From the NCBI GenBank assembly GCA_002839825.1, contig PGYU01000013.1:1920-65919 (forward strand): 64,000 bases of DNA. Reading direction: 5' to 3'. Source of the stretch: Ignavibacteriae bacterium HGW-Ignavibacteriae-1. Its GTDB lineage: Bacteria > Bacteroidota > Ignavibacteria > Kapaibacteriales > UBA2268. The notes beneath the pieces were generated by a model. The model searched no databases, had not been told where the DNA came from, and saw only the letters and a list, made by a program, of their open reading frames with translations. Below, piece by piece: positions 48,605-58,296 of this stretch. Both the position numbers and the translations under genes were made by a program. The number at the start of each line of letters is the position of its first letter. Position 1 is the stretch's first letter.

Positions 48605-50626
48605 ATGAAAAAAATAATTTTTATATTTCTATTTTATTCAATTGCAATTTATTCGCAAGACCCTGCGTATTTAATTTTTCGAAATTCAGGAAATGTTTAT
48701 TTAAAATGGGAATATTTGCGAGATAATAATCATGAGCATTTCAATATTTATCGTCAATATGAAAATAGCGACACATGGGAACAAATAAATCAAAAACCAC
48801 TTAAATTAATTACGGATATTGACGAAATTGTTTATATTGGCGGCGAATATTACGGCTCTATTTATTTATCTTTAATGGGCGTCAAACGCGAAAAACGAGA
48901 TATTACGAAAGCTGATATCATCGCTTGGCAAAATAATGCTGAAGCGTATTCCATGTTGAACGCATTGTCAGTCACTCAGCCGCTGATTTCCGAGCTAACC
49001 GGAACTTCATTTCTCGACGTGCCCCAATCCGGTGCACGAGTGCGATATAAAATTAATTCCATGAGAGCGGCAGATGAATTGCATTATATCACAAGCGAAT
49101 TTATTGACCCGAAAATTGATGATATTGTGCCCACGCCGGACGATATTTCAATCAATCCGTTAAATAATTCCGCAAATATTATATGGTCACGAAATTTAGA
49201 CGTATTGCAATCGGGGCGTGCTGTTAATTTTAATATTTATCGTGCTGATAATATTACCGGTCCATATTTAATTGTAAATTTTGCTGATATGTTCCAAGGG
49301 ATTTTAACAAGCGAAGAAGTCGAAATTGATACTAATTATTTTAATTTTTTAGATGCAAATTTAATTAACGGAAAAACTTATTATTATTATTTAACGGGAG
49401 TTAATACTTTTGGATTTGAAAGCCAACGCAGTTCAGTTTATGAAGTAGTTCCGTCGGATAATCGCGTACCTATGTCGCCCGGCGATATTACAATTAATGA
49501 ATTCGGTGGCAGACTTAAATTATCATGGAGAAATATATCTCGTGTCAGACCAATAGGTTACGAAATATTCAAATCAATTGGCGATACTGACAATTTCGTA
49601 AAAGTATTTCCGACTTTGGACGTTCAATATGATCCCGAAATTACAACTTGGACTGATGCTGATGTTCGTGAAGGCGAATTCTACAGTTATTATCTCGTAG
49701 CAATTGGTCAAACCGGGGTTCGAAGCGAGACTTCAGATACTCTCACTTTTATCATTGATGATTATATTCCACCTTCTGCACCGGTAGGCGTTGTGGCAGT
49801 CGGAGATACGGGTGCTATCAAGCTGAGTTGGGAGGCTAATACCGAACATGATTTGCTCGGCTATCAAATTGAACGCTCATCAGATTCGAGATTTGCTACA
49901 CGCTTTTTGGTAAACGAAAAGCCAATTACGGGAACTGAATTTATTGACACCGTGCGCCGCGAATCCCAAAGCGATATTGCATATTTTGTTTACGCGCTCG
50001 ACAAAAGCTACAACCGTTCACTTCCATCAGAGCGAGTCATAGTGCGGGTGATAGATGTCGTGCCGCCCTTGACACCCGAAATGACAAGCATTTACGAAGA
50101 GGGCGATAGTTATTTCGTCAATTGGACAAAATCCCCCGATAGTGACTTGAAAGCCTATCGTTTGTATCTTTCAATCGGCGATTCGAGCAATTTCATACTC
50201 AAGACCGAAACTAATTCTCTTACATTTTCTGACCGAATCAGCGAACGCAAAGAGCATTATTTCAAAGTCTCCGCCGTTGATTTGTCCGGCAATGAATCTC
50301 CTTTTTCACGAATCAGACGGCTCGAAATTGAGGACGAAGCTCCCCGACCACCGGATTCAGTACAAGTAGTTCAAGAAGAAAAATATGTCAATATCGAATG
50401 GAAAGCGCCCGAAGACGAGCGTGTAGTGGGCTTCTTCATTCAGCGAAATTATGTCGAAAAAGGTAGCCCGATGGTTGATTTGGCTGTCTTGAAAGCTGAT
50501 AAGAGCAGATTTATGGATTGGGATGTCGATATTAATCGCGAATGTACCTATTATATCTACTCTCGCGACGAAAAATGGCGTTTGAGCAAACCGGTGGTGA
50601 TAAATTATGTACCCAATTCAAAATAA
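48605..50626 (+). CDS. Exported fibronectin type III repeat protein
   Basis: Signal peptide and five to six FN3 units (LxW...FNIYR/YEIFK/YQIER...YYYxLxAV..G.ES); no T9SS CTD. Confidence 0.85.
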   Translation: MKKIIFIFLFYSIAIYSQDPAYLIFRNSGNVYLKWEYLRDNNHEHFNIYRQYENSDTWEQINQKPLKLITDIDEIVYIGGEYYGSIYLSLMGVKREKRDITKADIIAWQNNAEAYSMLNALSVTQPLISELTGTSFLDVPQSGARVRYKINSMRAADELHYITSEFIDPKIDDIVPTPDDISINPLNNSANIIWSRNLDVLQSGRAVNFNIYRADNITGPYLIVNFADMFQGILTSEEVEIDTNYFNFLDANLINGKTYYYYLTGVNTFGFESQRSSVYEVVPSDNRVPMSPGDITINEFGGRLKLSWRNISRVRPIGYEIFKSIGDTDNFVKVFPTLDVQYDPEITTWTDADVREGEFYSYYLVAIGQTGVRSETSDTLTFIIDDYIPPSAPVGVVAVGDTGAIKLSWEANTEHDLLGYQIERSSDSRFATRFLVNEKPITGTEFIDTVRRESQSDIAYFVYALDKSYNRSLPSERVIVRVIDVVPPLTPEMTSIYEEGDSYFVNWTKSPDSDLKAYRLYLSIGDSSNFILKTETNSLTFSDRISERKEHYFKVSAVDLSGNESPFSRIRRLEIEDEAPRPPDSVQVVQEEKYVNIEWKAPEDERVVGFFIQRNYVEKGSPMVDLAVLKADKSRFMDWDVDINRECTYYIYSRDEKWRLSKPVVINYVPNSK

Positions 50627-50715
50627 TTCACAATAAATTGCTATTATATGGGAAATCTTTCATATATTGTGATTTGAATAACAATATTATTTGAAAAATA
50701 AAATTGAGAATGTAA

Positions 50716-52773
50716 ATGATAGTAAATGAATTGATTGCTCCTAAGAGCATAGTGATAATTGGGGCTTCGAACGATGTTGAAAAGCCGGGTGGTAAGATAC
50801 TGAAAAATATTATTGATGGCGGCTTCCGAGGGAAATTGTCCGCTGTCAATCCAAAAGAGGAAATCGTGCAAGGTGTGCGGTGCTTCAAGGATGTCGCTGA
50901 AATTGACAATGTCGAATTGGCTATTTTGGCTATCCCTGCGAAATTTTGCCTCCCAACCATAGAAACCCTTGCCAAATCCAAGGGTACGAAGGCTTTCATA
51001 ATTTTGTCAGCAGGATTTAGCGAGTTTGGCGAATCGGGCAAAAAGCTCGAACAACAAATCGTCAAAGTGGTTGAAAGCGTGGGTGGAACTCTAATCGGAC
51101 CGAATTGTATCGGTGTGATGACTCCTCATTACAAGGGCGTTTTCGCAGGATTAGTCCCGCAACTCAGCAACAGAGGTTGCGATTTGGTTTCGGCTTCGGG
51201 GGCTACGATTGCTTTCATACTCGAAATGGCAGTTCCACGCGGCTTGATGTACAATAGCATCCTCTCTGTCGGTAATAGCGCCCAAATCGGGGTAGAGGAG
51301 ATTCTCGAATATTGGGACGAAACATACGACGAAAAAACCAGTGCCAGAGTGAAGCTATTCTACCTTGAGCAAATCAAAAAGCCCGAAAAGCTATTGAAGC
51401 ACTGCCGCTCCTTGATTATGAAGGGTTGCAGAATTGCTGCTATCAAAGCAGGAACGACCGAAGCCGGCTCACGTGCCGTGTCCTCGCATACCGGTGCTTT
51501 GGCAGGTTCTGATGCAGCGGTTGATGCCTTGTTCCGCAAAGCCGGAGTGGTGCGTTGCTTCTCGCGTCAAGAGCTTTTCTATGTCGGCGGAGTATTGTTG
51601 CACAAGCAATTGGAAGGTCCCAACATTGCCGTTATTACCCATGCAGGAGGCTCCGGAGTGATGCTGACTGACTCTTTAGCTAAAGGTGGTTTGGACATCC
51701 CCAAGATTGAAGGTCCGGCAGCTGATGAACTTTTAGCCCAACTTTATCATGGCTCGTCGGTTTCAAATCCGATTGACTTCCTCGCAACCGGAACAGCCGA
51801 CCAACTCGGCACGATTCTGGAATACGTTGATAGAGAGTTTGATAATATTGATGGCTCTGTCGTGATATTCGGGACTACGGGAATGTTCGACGTAACGGGT
51901 GTTTACGATGTGCTTCACGAGAAAATGAAATGGTGCAAAAAGCCGATTTACCCTTGTTTGCCATCAGTTGTCCAAGCCGAAAAAGCGGTCAAGCACTTTT
52001 TGTCGCTCGGCAGAGTGGACTTTACCGATGAAGTCGCTATTGGCAATGCACTCACCAAAGTCTATCACACACCGAAACCTGCAAAAGAATTCGATTTGCC
52101 GACAATTGACGTCGCGACTATTCGCCAAATTATCGAATCAAGCGATTCCGGCTATCTTAGCCCCGATAAAATCCAAACTTTGCTCGATGCATCGGGGATT
52201 CCGCGCGTACCGGAAAAATTGGCAAATACTGCCGAATTAGCCGTGCAATACGCCGAAGAATTGGGCTATCCAATCGTGATGAAAGTTGTTGGACCCGTGC
52301 ACAAGACGGACGTCGGCGGAGTTGTGCTCAATATCCGTCACCCCGACATTATCCGCAAAGAATTTGACAGAATGATTGAAATCAAAGATTGCACAAGCGT
52401 CTTGCTCCAACCAATGTTCAACGGCACCGAGCTATTCGTAGGGGCAATGAAAGAACCCGACTTCGGGCATATCATTTTGCTTGGTCTCGGCGGAATATTC
52501 ATCGAAGTGCTGAAAGATGTCGCTTCGGGCTTGGCTCCAATCAGCAAAGAGGAAGCGCTGAAAATGATGAGCGAACTGAAATCATACAAACTCATCGAAG
52601 GTGTGCGGAAGCGCGAAGGTGTAAACAAGGAAATCTGGGCTGATATTATTGAGCGGCTCAGTGCTTTACTCGCAGCCGCACCCGAAATCATCGAGCTCGA
52701 CCTGAACCCACTATTAGGCAAATCCGACTCTGTAATCGCAGTTGACGGCAGAATCAGGATAGAACGGGAGTGA
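50716..52773 (+). CDS. ADP-forming acetate-CoA ligase (fused alpha/beta subunits)
   Basis: PKSIVIIGAS CoA-binding domain, GPNCIG, catalytic SHTGALAG, ATP-grasp HKTDVGGV and ELDLNP. Confidence 0.92.
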   Translation: MIVNELIAPKSIVIIGASNDVEKPGGKILKNIIDGGFRGKLSAVNPKEEIVQGVRCFKDVAEIDNVELAILAIPAKFCLPTIETLAKSKGTKAFIILSAGFSEFGESGKKLEQQIVKVVESVGGTLIGPNCIGVMTPHYKGVFAGLVPQLSNRGCDLVSASGATIAFILEMAVPRGLMYNSILSVGNSAQIGVEEILEYWDETYDEKTSARVKLFYLEQIKKPEKLLKHCRSLIMKGCRIAAIKAGTTEAGSRAVSSHTGALAGSDAAVDALFRKAGVVRCFSRQELFYVGGVLLHKQLEGPNIAVITHAGGSGVMLTDSLAKGGLDIPKIEGPAADELLAQLYHGSSVSNPIDFLATGTADQLGTILEYVDREFDNIDGSVVIFGTTGMFDVTGVYDVLHEKMKWCKKPIYPCLPSVVQAEKAVKHFLSLGRVDFTDEVAIGNALTKVYHTPKPAKEFDLPTIDVATIRQIIESSDSGYLSPDKIQTLLDASGIPRVPEKLANTAELAVQYAEELGYPIVMKVVGPVHKTDVGGVVLNIRHPDIIRKEFDRMIEIKDCTSVLLQPMFNGTELFVGAMKEPDFGHIILLGLGGIFIEVLKDVASGLAPISKEEALKMMSELKSYKLIEGVRKREGVNKEIWADIIERLSALLAAAPEIIELDLNPLLGKSDSVIAVDGRIRIERE

Positions 52774-52798
52774 GGGGTTTGTCAAGACATTGATTCGA

Positions 52799-53152
52799 AA
52801 CCTTCCGAAGGTTTCAAACCTTCGGAAGGTTAATAGATGAATATTGAACTTGTAAATCGTAGGGACAGAACAGCGTTCTGTCCAAAACATAGCCCACGGT
52901 TTTAACCGTGGGTAAAGATAAAACCAACCACCCCGTCAGCTAAAGCTGCCACCCCTCAAGAGGGGAATTAAAGTCTTAGGGACCATAACAGCGCTCTGTC
53001 CTTTCGTTTTTTACCCCGAAGGTTTATATATCGTTGTTCCGTCAGTTGTAACAACTGACGAGACGGAAAAGTCTGACAGATGAAGAAGACTTCCGAAGTC
53101 TAATTTTTAATCATCTTAATCACAATAATCATACAAATCATAGTTCAGACAA
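52799..53152. repeat. Cluster of heterogeneous short REP-like elements
   Basis: AACCTTCCGAAGGTTT-c-AAACCTTCGGAAGGTT; GTAG-GGACAGAAC-agc-GTTCTGTCC plus a degenerate copy; CCCACGGTT-tt-AACCGTGGG; CCACCCCGTCAGC..GCTGCCACCCCTCAAGAGGGG; CGTCAGTTGT-a-ACAACTGACG; AGACTTCCGAAGTCT; 9-nt periodic AATCA x4. Confidence 0.85.
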
Positions 53153-53163
53153 ATACTAATAAC

Positions 53164-53634
53164 CTACTCAATCACATCCAGCTCTTTTAACTTCAACTTT
53201 ATCGTTTCAGCTACGCTTTTGGGAGTATATTTCTTTGCAAATAAATCATCAAACATCAACAATACTTCTTTATCTTGGTATCTGATGATGATTGCAGGGC
53301 TCTTTGATATTTCAGTATCTCTAAATTTAATATTGGACATAAAGTTGCGAGGCGATGATTCAACAAAGAGGATTTCATTATATTTTAATTTTTTCTTTAG
53401 CTCAAACGCTGCTACCTGAGCACTTTTCTTTTTCTTCACTGATTTTGTTATGACTATTGTATTTAGCTTTTCTTTCCATAAGTATGATGACTTTTCAATA
53501 ATGTCTAAACAATCACTACAATAAGGTGAATTTAGTACAATAACAAGGCTATTATCAAAAAAACTTTCATCAACTTCTTTCAAATCTGATGTGAATAGAG
53601 CCTGAAAACCCAATATTAGAAATAATAATTTCAA
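53164..53634 (-). CDS. Hypothetical thioredoxin-fold-like protein (CxxC)
   Basis: LVIVLNSPYCSDCLD and SKSPAIII (cis-Pro-like); the TTG start overlaps the upstream TGA stop. Confidence 0.55.
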   Translation of the reverse strand: MKLLFLILGFQALFTSDLKEVDESFFDNSLVIVLNSPYCSDCLDIIEKSSYLWKEKLNTIVITKSVKKKKSAQVAAFELKKKLKYNEILFVESSPRNFMSNIKFRDTEISKSPAIIIRYQDKEVLLMFDDLFAKKYTPKSVAETIKLKLKELDVIE

Positions 53635-54704
53635 TTTGATTTCCTTAAAACCACTTTGTAAAATCCATCTGAGCCATTGCCAAAGTGATAAAGCATGTTA
53701 GATTGATTTTTATGTTGCAAAATATAGCTATTATGCATCTTGTCCTCGGATAAAGAAATATCTGATGACTCTAAGAACCAATGATTGTCTTTCTTAGCCC
53801 AAATATCATATTTGAAATTATAAAGTGAATGAGAACTATCTAAAAACAAATCATCATTGTCCGAATAACAAACAAGTAAGTGATTTGCATCAAGAAAATT
53901 CACTCTATGAATCAAATTTCTTGTGATGGTGTCGGATTGCAAGAATGAAATCACTGCCATTGGGTGCTTGCCATCAAATTTTTCAAGTTCATAAGTATTA
54001 GCTTTCCAATTATCGAATTTTCGGGTCAAAGTATCAAGGGTTTGGAAATTTTTATCTTTAATATAAATGCTGTAGTTGGTAATATCAGTTACGGCATATG
54101 ACCCTTGAAAATAATCAATTACATTTCTCGGTTGAAATAAGGTCCAATAAAAGCCTTTAGTATATTCAATATTTATAAAACGATGATTAGTATCAGAAAG
54201 GCTTAGTTGCCAACTAAATAAATCGTCCTTATTAGAGCTTTTTGGTCTGTATGTGTCAGATAACCCGACTAAAATACCTTTATCAAGAATAATTCTATTT
54301 GCATAGTAGAGTCTATCCTGTTTGAAAATTTCATCCAAGTCGTAAATTTTATCCAACTTCAACTCAGTTGACCCATCATATACATATTTTATTACTTTTT
54401 TTGCAACGCAAAATATCAATGTATCAGCGTCGCTACAAATATTTGTCATGAGGTATTTCTCGCAATTGTTTGTATACAGCCAATCAACTTCGATAATTAG
54501 ATTGATAATATCAGTTGAATCTTCGATGTTTACTAACGCGATTGAGCAATCTTGACTTAACATTCTATCGTAATAGTACATTTTGTTGTTTATCTCAACA
54601 ATATCAACCCAACTTATTCTCGATAAACCTTCGGCAGGAATTTCATATTCGGAAATATTTCCAAATAAACTCTTTAAAAAAAATAATATTATTAATGTGT
54701 TCAT
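53631..54704 (-). CDS. Hypothetical exported protein, possibly a beta-propeller
   Basis: 357-aa AT-rich ORF with a short signal-like N-terminus and short strand repeats such as YSIYIKDKNFQTLDTL. Confidence 0.55.
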   Translation of the reverse strand: MNTLIILFFLKSLFGNISEYEIPAEGLSRISWVDIVEINNKMYYYDRMLSQDCSIALVNIEDSTDIINLIIEVDWLYTNNCEKYLMTNICSDADTLIFCVAKKVIKYVYDGSTELKLDKIYDLDEIFKQDRLYYANRIILDKGILVGLSDTYRPKSSNKDDLFSWQLSLSDTNHRFINIEYTKGFYWTLFQPRNVIDYFQGSYAVTDITNYSIYIKDKNFQTLDTLTRKFDNWKANTYELEKFDGKHPMAVISFLQSDTITRNLIHRVNFLDANHLLVCYSDNDDLFLDSSHSLYNFKYDIWAKKDNHWFLESSDISLSEDKMHNSYILQHKNQSNMLYHFGNGSDGFYKVVLRKSN

Positions 54705-54808
54705 AAGCTTTTATATCAAAACTTTAAAAAATGAAAAATGTATTACCGTCTATGTAACAATTCCGTTTACAAATTAAACACAAAATTTATACTATCCAAG
54801 AAAAATCG

Positions 54809-54816
54809 TATCTTTG
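54809..54816 (+). promoter_or_regulatory. TAnnTTTG -7 element
   Basis: TATCTTTG 30 nt upstream of ATG 54846. Confidence 0.55.
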
Positions 54817-54845
54817 TACATGTTTTTCAAGAAAAAGGTGATGGA

Positions 54846-56333
54846 ATGAAAAATGTTACTTTGTGTGCTATGCTTCTGATGTTTGCAATGGCGAGCGTTT
54901 CGGTTGCGAGAACATTGAAAGTAGGCGCTTCGTATGAATTTGCGAGCTTTGCCCAAGCAGCAAATCAAGCTGCCGCGGGTGATACGATTTTGTTCTTTGA
55001 CAGCCCGATTACTCAATCGAGCTACATTTCCGACCTTCGCGGCACTGCGGATTTGCCAATCGTAATCTCGTCCGGTACGGGTGATTACATTTTGTTCAGC
55101 GGCGGTGGCAGTGCTTTTCAGTTGTCAAATCCGGCAAATTTGCACATTTCTCGCTTGGCATTCGAAGGGCAAACCCAAAATGGCGTCAATATTGATGATG
55201 GTGGCGACTTCAGCAATCCCGCTCTCAACATCACTTTTGATGATTGCAAGTGGCTTGGGATGAACGCCAGCGGGAATAATGATTGCTTGAAAATGTCGGG
55301 AGTGGTGAATTTCGCTATCACTAATTGCAGTTTTGCGGATGGTTCGGCAGGCGGGAGCATTATTGATATGGTCGGGTGCCACGATGGAATTATCGAAAAA
55401 AATGTTTTCAGAAACGGCGGCTCTAATTCTATCCAAGCCAAAGGCGGAACGAAAAATATTCAAATATCTCGTAACTTGTTTGTAAATGGAGGTTTGCGTG
55501 CATTGAATATTGGTGGTAGCACCGGAATGGAATATTTCCGTCCGCTTGATGCACCTGCCGAATCGGAAGAAATTATCGTTTTTTCCAATATATTTTTCGG
55601 TTCACAAGCTCCTTTTGCTTATGTCGGGACGCGTAATTCGAAAGTCATAAATAATACAATAATTAATCCCGATAAATGGGTAATCAGGATTTTAAGAGAA
55701 AATAATCATGCTCAGATGCAGTTCGATGCAGGGAATGAATTTTCAAATAATATTGTCTATTTGTCAAATGCTGCTGCGGCGCCTTCAATAAATATTGGTC
55801 CAAATACATTATCCGAGGCATATTCATTCAGGAATAATCTGTGGTACAATCATGAAAATTTTGATTGGATTTCACCAAATGTCCCGGTTTCCGAATTAAG
55901 CAGTATCCGTGGCATTGACCCATTATTCACAAATTTAGCAGATTCGAATTTAATTCCAGTGCAAAATTCTGTAATTAAAGGCTCAGCTTATGTAAATAAT
56001 TACGCTAAATATGATTATTATGGCAATAAATTCGGCAATCCTCCTTCGATAGGCGCAATCGAGATAGATGCAAGTAGTATCGAAGAAAATAATATTTCCC
56101 AAAATATAATAATTAGTCCAAATCCTGCTCAAAATTCAATTAATATTAATTATAATAATAATTCAAAATATTATATCGAAATAATTAATATTAACGGACA
56201 AATTGTAATCGAAAAAAGAGAAATAATCTCCAATGAAAATATTGATATTTCACATTTGGCTATCGGGACATATTTACTTTTAATCGAATCCGGTGGAAGA
56301 AAAATCCCCAAACTTTTTATAGTAAATCGTTAA
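54846..56333 (+). CDS. Right-handed parallel beta-helix protein with T9SS sorting domain
   Basis: Signal peptide from M at 54846, AAAGDTI, Asn-ladder repeats (IEKNVF, ISRNLF, VINNTI, FSNNIV), PSIGAIE, and ISPNPA...GTYLL CTD. Confidence 0.85.
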   Translation: MKNVTLCAMLLMFAMASVSVARTLKVGASYEFASFAQAANQAAAGDTILFFDSPITQSSYISDLRGTADLPIVISSGTGDYILFSGGGSAFQLSNPANLHISRLAFEGQTQNGVNIDDGGDFSNPALNITFDDCKWLGMNASGNNDCLKMSGVVNFAITNCSFADGSAGGSIIDMVGCHDGIIEKNVFRNGGSNSIQAKGGTKNIQISRNLFVNGGLRALNIGGSTGMEYFRPLDAPAESEEIIVFSNIFFGSQAPFAYVGTRNSKVINNTIINPDKWVIRILRENNHAQMQFDAGNEFSNNIVYLSNAAAAPSINIGPNTLSEAYSFRNNLWYNHENFDWISPNVPVSELSSIRGIDPLFTNLADSNLIPVQNSVIKGSAYVNNYAKYDYYGNKFGNPPSIGAIEIDASSIEENNISQNIIISPNPAQNSININYNNNSKYYIEIININGQIVIEKREIISNENIDISHLAIGTYLLLIESGGRKIPKLFIVNR

Positions 56334-56403
56334 AAAATATTTTCATTCCTGCAGAAAATTTCGTAAATTTATGATATGCTTAAAATGAAATTTAGGAAAG
56401 ACT

Positions 56404-58296
56404 ATGGGAGAAATTGAATTGACGGGCGATGTTTATTATCCGTCGCAGGAAACTATTGCCAATGCGAATTTGAAAGACAGAAGCGAGTTCGACAAACGTG
56501 CTGAGCAAGATTACGAAGGCTTTTGGGCAGATTTCGCCAATGAGTTGGATTGGTTCCAAAAGTGGGACAAAGTCATTGATGATTCCGAAAAGCCCTTCTA
56601 CAAGTGGTTTACAGGCGGACGTACCAACATTTCGTATAATTGCTTGGATAGGCACGTCAAGACTCACCGTCGCAACAAATTGGCGCTAATATGGGAAGGC
56701 GAAGACGGCGAACACCGCACTATGTCCTATTTCAGGTTGCACAATGACGTTTGCCGATTTGCCAATCTGCTCAAAAGTATGGCTGTCAAAAAAGGCGACC
56801 GCGTTACGATTTACATGGGCAGAACGCCTGAAATCATCATCGCAATGCTTGCATGTGCACGTATCGGTGCCGTGCACTCAGTTGTTTACGGTGGTTTTTC
56901 AGTCGAATCGCTGACCGAGAGAATCGAAGACAGCCAATCTCGTGTATTGATTGTAGCCGATGGTGCTTATCAACGCGGCAAAATCGTGAAACTCAAGGAC
57001 ATAGCCGACGAAGCTTTGCAGAGAGCAGGTACAGTTGAGCACGTCATCGTCGTGAAGCGTACAGGGCACGATGTTTACATGGAGCCCGGCAGAGATATGT
57101 GGTACCACGAATTAATCAAATTGCCGATTGCGAACCAACCAAGTGTTGTTGAAGAAACTTCGTCCGAAGACCCGCTTTTCATTTTATATACTTCCGGCAC
57201 AACCGGCAAACCCAAAGCGATTTTGCACACTCATGGCGGATATATGGTCGGGACTTATGTCACAACGAAATACTATCTAGATGTCCAAGATGCCGATAGA
57301 ATCTGGTGCACAGCTGACCCGGGCTGGATTACCGGTCACAGCTATATCGTTTACGGACCATTGCTTAATGGTGCGACTATTTTTATGTACGAAGGGGCGC
57401 CATACCATCCGTATCCTAATCGCTGGTGGCAAATGATAGAAAAATATGGAATTAATATCCTTTATACTGCCCCAACTGCGATTCGCGGATTTATGCGTTT
57501 CGGAGATTCGTGGGCTAACCGCCACGACTTGTCGTCACTTCGAATTCTTGGCTCTGTTGGCGAACCAATCAACCCCGAAGCTTGGAAATGGTATCACAGA
57601 GTAATCGGTCGTGAACGTTGCCCTGTAATAGATACATGGTGGCAAACTGAAACCGGAATGCACATGATTTCGCCCTTCCCGACGATGCCTTTGAAGCCCG
57701 GCTCAGGTTCATTGCCCTTCCCGGGAGTAAAAATGGAAGTCGTTGATGAGCAGGGAAATCCGGTCAAAGCAAATGAGGAAGGATATTTGATAATTAAAAC
57801 GCCGTGGCCCGCCATGGTTCGCACTATTTTCAACGACCCACAGCGAATGGTTGACCAATATTGGACTAAATATCCCGGGGCGTACATGACCGGCGACAGC
57901 GCCAAAATTGACGAAGATGGCTACATCTGGGTTATCGGTAGAGTGGACGATGTCATAAAAGTGTCCGGTTATAGGCTTGGCACCGCTGAAATCGAAAGTG
58001 CTTTCGTTAGCCATCATGCCGTAGCTGAAGCTGCTGCAATAGGTGTGCCACACGAAATCAAAGGAAATGTGATTTATGCATATATCATTTTGAAGCAAAA
58101 TCAACAGCCAAGTGATGAACTAATAGAGGAATTGCGCAAGCATATTGCTCATGAAGTTGGTCCGATTGCCAAGCCCGAGCATATCGAATTTGTAGATAAA
58201 TTACCCAAAACCCGAAGCGGCAAAATCATGCGACGAGTGCTCAAGGCACAAGCGATGGGAGAAGACCCGGGCAATATTTCGACACTTGAGGAGTAA
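56404..58296 (+). CDS. acs: Acetyl-CoA synthetase (AMP-forming)
   Basis: LYTSGTTGKPK, GSVGEPIN, DTWWQTETG and PKTRSGKIMRR. Confidence 0.97.
   Translation: MGEIELTGDVYYPSQETIANANLKDRSEFDKRAEQDYEGFWADFANELDWFQKWDKVIDDSEKPFYKWFTGGRTNISYNCLDRHVKTHRRNKLALIWEGEDGEHRTMSYFRLHNDVCRFANLLKSMAVKKGDRVTIYMGRTPEIIIAMLACARIGAVHSVVYGGFSVESLTERIEDSQSRVLIVADGAYQRGKIVKLKDIADEALQRAGTVEHVIVVKRTGHDVYMEPGRDMWYHELIKLPIANQPSVVEETSSEDPLFILYTSGTTGKPKAILHTHGGYMVGTYVTTKYYLDVQDADRIWCTADPGWITGHSYIVYGPLLNGATIFMYEGAPYHPYPNRWWQMIEKYGINILYTAPTAIRGFMRFGDSWANRHDLSSLRILGSVGEPINPEAWKWYHRVIGRERCPVIDTWWQTETGMHMISPFPTMPLKPGSGSLPFPGVKMEVVDEQGNPVKANEEGYLIIKTPWPAMVRTIFNDPQRMVDQYWTKYPGAYMTGDSAKIDEDGYIWVIGRVDDVIKVSGYRLGTAEIESAFVSHHAVAEAAAIGVPHEIKGNVIYAYIILKQNQQPSDELIEELRKHIAHEVGPIAKPEHIEFVDKLPKTRSGKIMRRVLKAQAMGEDPGNISTLEE

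Noticed and set aside
52799-53152. Repeat cluster as a CRISPR array or integron attC array
   Set aside because: The units differ in sequence and length, have no regular spacers, and no cas gene or integrase is present in the window.
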